Notes under the pieces: model-generated
Seen by the model: the letters and a program-made list of their open reading frames with translations, nothing else
What the model was told of the DNA's origin: nothing
Database searches by the model: none
Shown: positions 63,082 through 64,000 of the stretch, piece after piece
Numbering within the stretch: the first letter of the stretch is position 1
How the letters are laid out: every line of letters starts with the position of its first letter
Translations under genes and position numbers: made by a program
Source: Nitrospira sp. SG-bin2
Lineage (GTDB): Bacteria > Nitrospirota > Nitrospiria > Nitrospirales > Nitrospiraceae
Direction of reading: 5' to 3'
DNA length: 64,000 nucleotides
NCBI GenBank assembly: GCA_002083405.1
Contig: LVWT01000045.1
Location: 17,637 to 81,636 of the forward strand

Positions 63082-64000
63082 ATGCAAAATAAGTCTTTCG
63101 CCCACCGGATGAAAGAATATCAGACTGCCTGGGCTAACAAGAATGGACTCACCCACCTGTTAGAGCCACGCCATGATTCGCAGCCGTCATGGGTCTTAAA
63201 AAGAGAACACAAGACCAGAAATCTGCTGAACCCCACTTGGTGGAAGCTCATCCCCGAAGGCCATGAGCATCTATGGGCGAGAGCACTGAACTCCAGTCAA
63301 TGTTTCGGCCTGAACCTCTTTGGGGCACTGGCAGAGAACTCCATTTTGGCAAAACGAGTCCTCGAAATGCTGCTGCCTCATCGAACACTTGAAAAGAACG
63401 ATGTGGTTACCGTTTGCTTCGAGCACACACCAGAGGGAACGCGCGAGTGGTTAGGAGAGATCAAGACGCGTCAGCCGACACAGGTGGATGTATTCTTCAC
63501 AGTGACACGGAGGGAGAAGCCAATTGGGTATCTTCTCGTGGAAGTAAAATTCACGGAAGACGAGTTTGGGTCTTGTCGGGGAGCAGTTCCACCAAAACCT
63601 GGAAAGGATGGCAACTTGGATTCGTCGCGGTGTCTCAACTTCCAAGCCGTATTCAAAAGTCCCAAAACGATGTGTTGGATGGCTGAACCTGGAAATGGGC
63701 GACACTATTGGGACTTTATGCTTTCTGCTGCTACTCCTTTCAAGTTCGCTTCAGTGATTGCCTGTCCGTTCCGGCAGAGTCTCTACCAGTTGATGCGGAA
63801 CCAGGTTCTGGCTCTTGCGTTGGTCCAAAACACATCCGCTGAGTGGGCGGAGTTTGGGGTGTGTCTTCATCCTGGGAATGAAGAAGTTCGTCAACTCTCG
63901 GATGCTGTTTTGGGGCACACAGATGCATTGGATGCGTTCAGTGCGATTCTTCCCGATAAGGCAAAAACCATCGAAATTTCTCCATCCAAAATCATCGAAC
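63082..64000 (+). CDS. PD-(D/E)xK nuclease-like protein, 5' part (runs off window end; not in supplied ORF track)
   Basis: My own translation gives 306 uninterrupted codons from ATG 63082: MQNKSFAHRMKEYQTAW...SSQCFGLNLFG...QVDVFFTV...GYLLVEVKFTEDEFGSC...YQLMRNQVLALAL. The D...ExK spacing is typical of a restriction-endonuclease fold. The DNA is low-GC. Confidence 0.55.
   Translation, partial: MQNKSFAHRMKEYQTAWANKNGLTHLLEPRHDSQPSWVLKREHKTRNLLNPTWWKLIPEGHEHLWARALNSSQCFGLNLFGALAENSILAKRVLEMLLPHRTLEKNDVVTVCFEHTPEGTREWLGEIKTRQPTQVDVFFTVTRREKPIGYLLVEVKFTEDEFGSCRGAVPPKPGKDGNLDSSRCLNFQAVFKSPKTMCWMAEPGNGRHYWDFMLSAATPFKFASVIACPFRQSLYQLMRNQVLALALVQNTSAEWAEFGVCLHPGNEEVRQLSDAVLGHTDALDAFSAILPDKAKTIEISPSKIIE

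Overview
This is a high-GC bacterial chromosome segment, most consistent with a Nitrospira-like (Nitrospirota) genome. That inference rests on a periplasmic chlorite dismutase closely resembling the characterised Ca. Nitrospira defluvii enzyme and on overall gene content. The window is mostly core genes: lptB-rpoN-hpf-rapZ, pilMNOPQ, aroB, nadE, glnB-glnA, two GlnE-type genes, rpoH-groES-groEL, ribBA-ribH-nusB, a purine operon (purB-cld-purC-purS-purQ...purL-purF), recG, ppx, and scpAB. Three visibly lower-GC accessory patches interrupt this backbone: a four-gene insert with hicBA between purQ and purL (35.3-36.7 kb), a toxin-antitoxin/HEPN-like islet (51.4-57.05 kb), and the last kilobase (63.1-64 kb). 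The most interesting points are listed below.
- Three copies of the 3' end of a PqqD/RRE-like-methyltransferase gene bracket TA cassettes. This looks like serial integration at that gene end, yet no integrase is present.
- An uncharacterised HEPN-motif protein sits directly upstream of an XRE/HTH antitoxin-type gene.
- GlnE is split into two divergent genes, one carrying two GlnD-type ACT domains.
- hpf is broken by a one-base frameshift.
- Two dispersed short-repeat families and a 231-bp palindromic MITE-like element are present.
- A 306-codon open frame at the window end is absent from the ORF track.
I found no rRNA, tRNA, CRISPR array, intact transposase or integrase. All motif coordinates were indexed by hand against ORF-track anchors and could be off by 1-2 nt. 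Domain calls come from motif recognition only, with no searches run.
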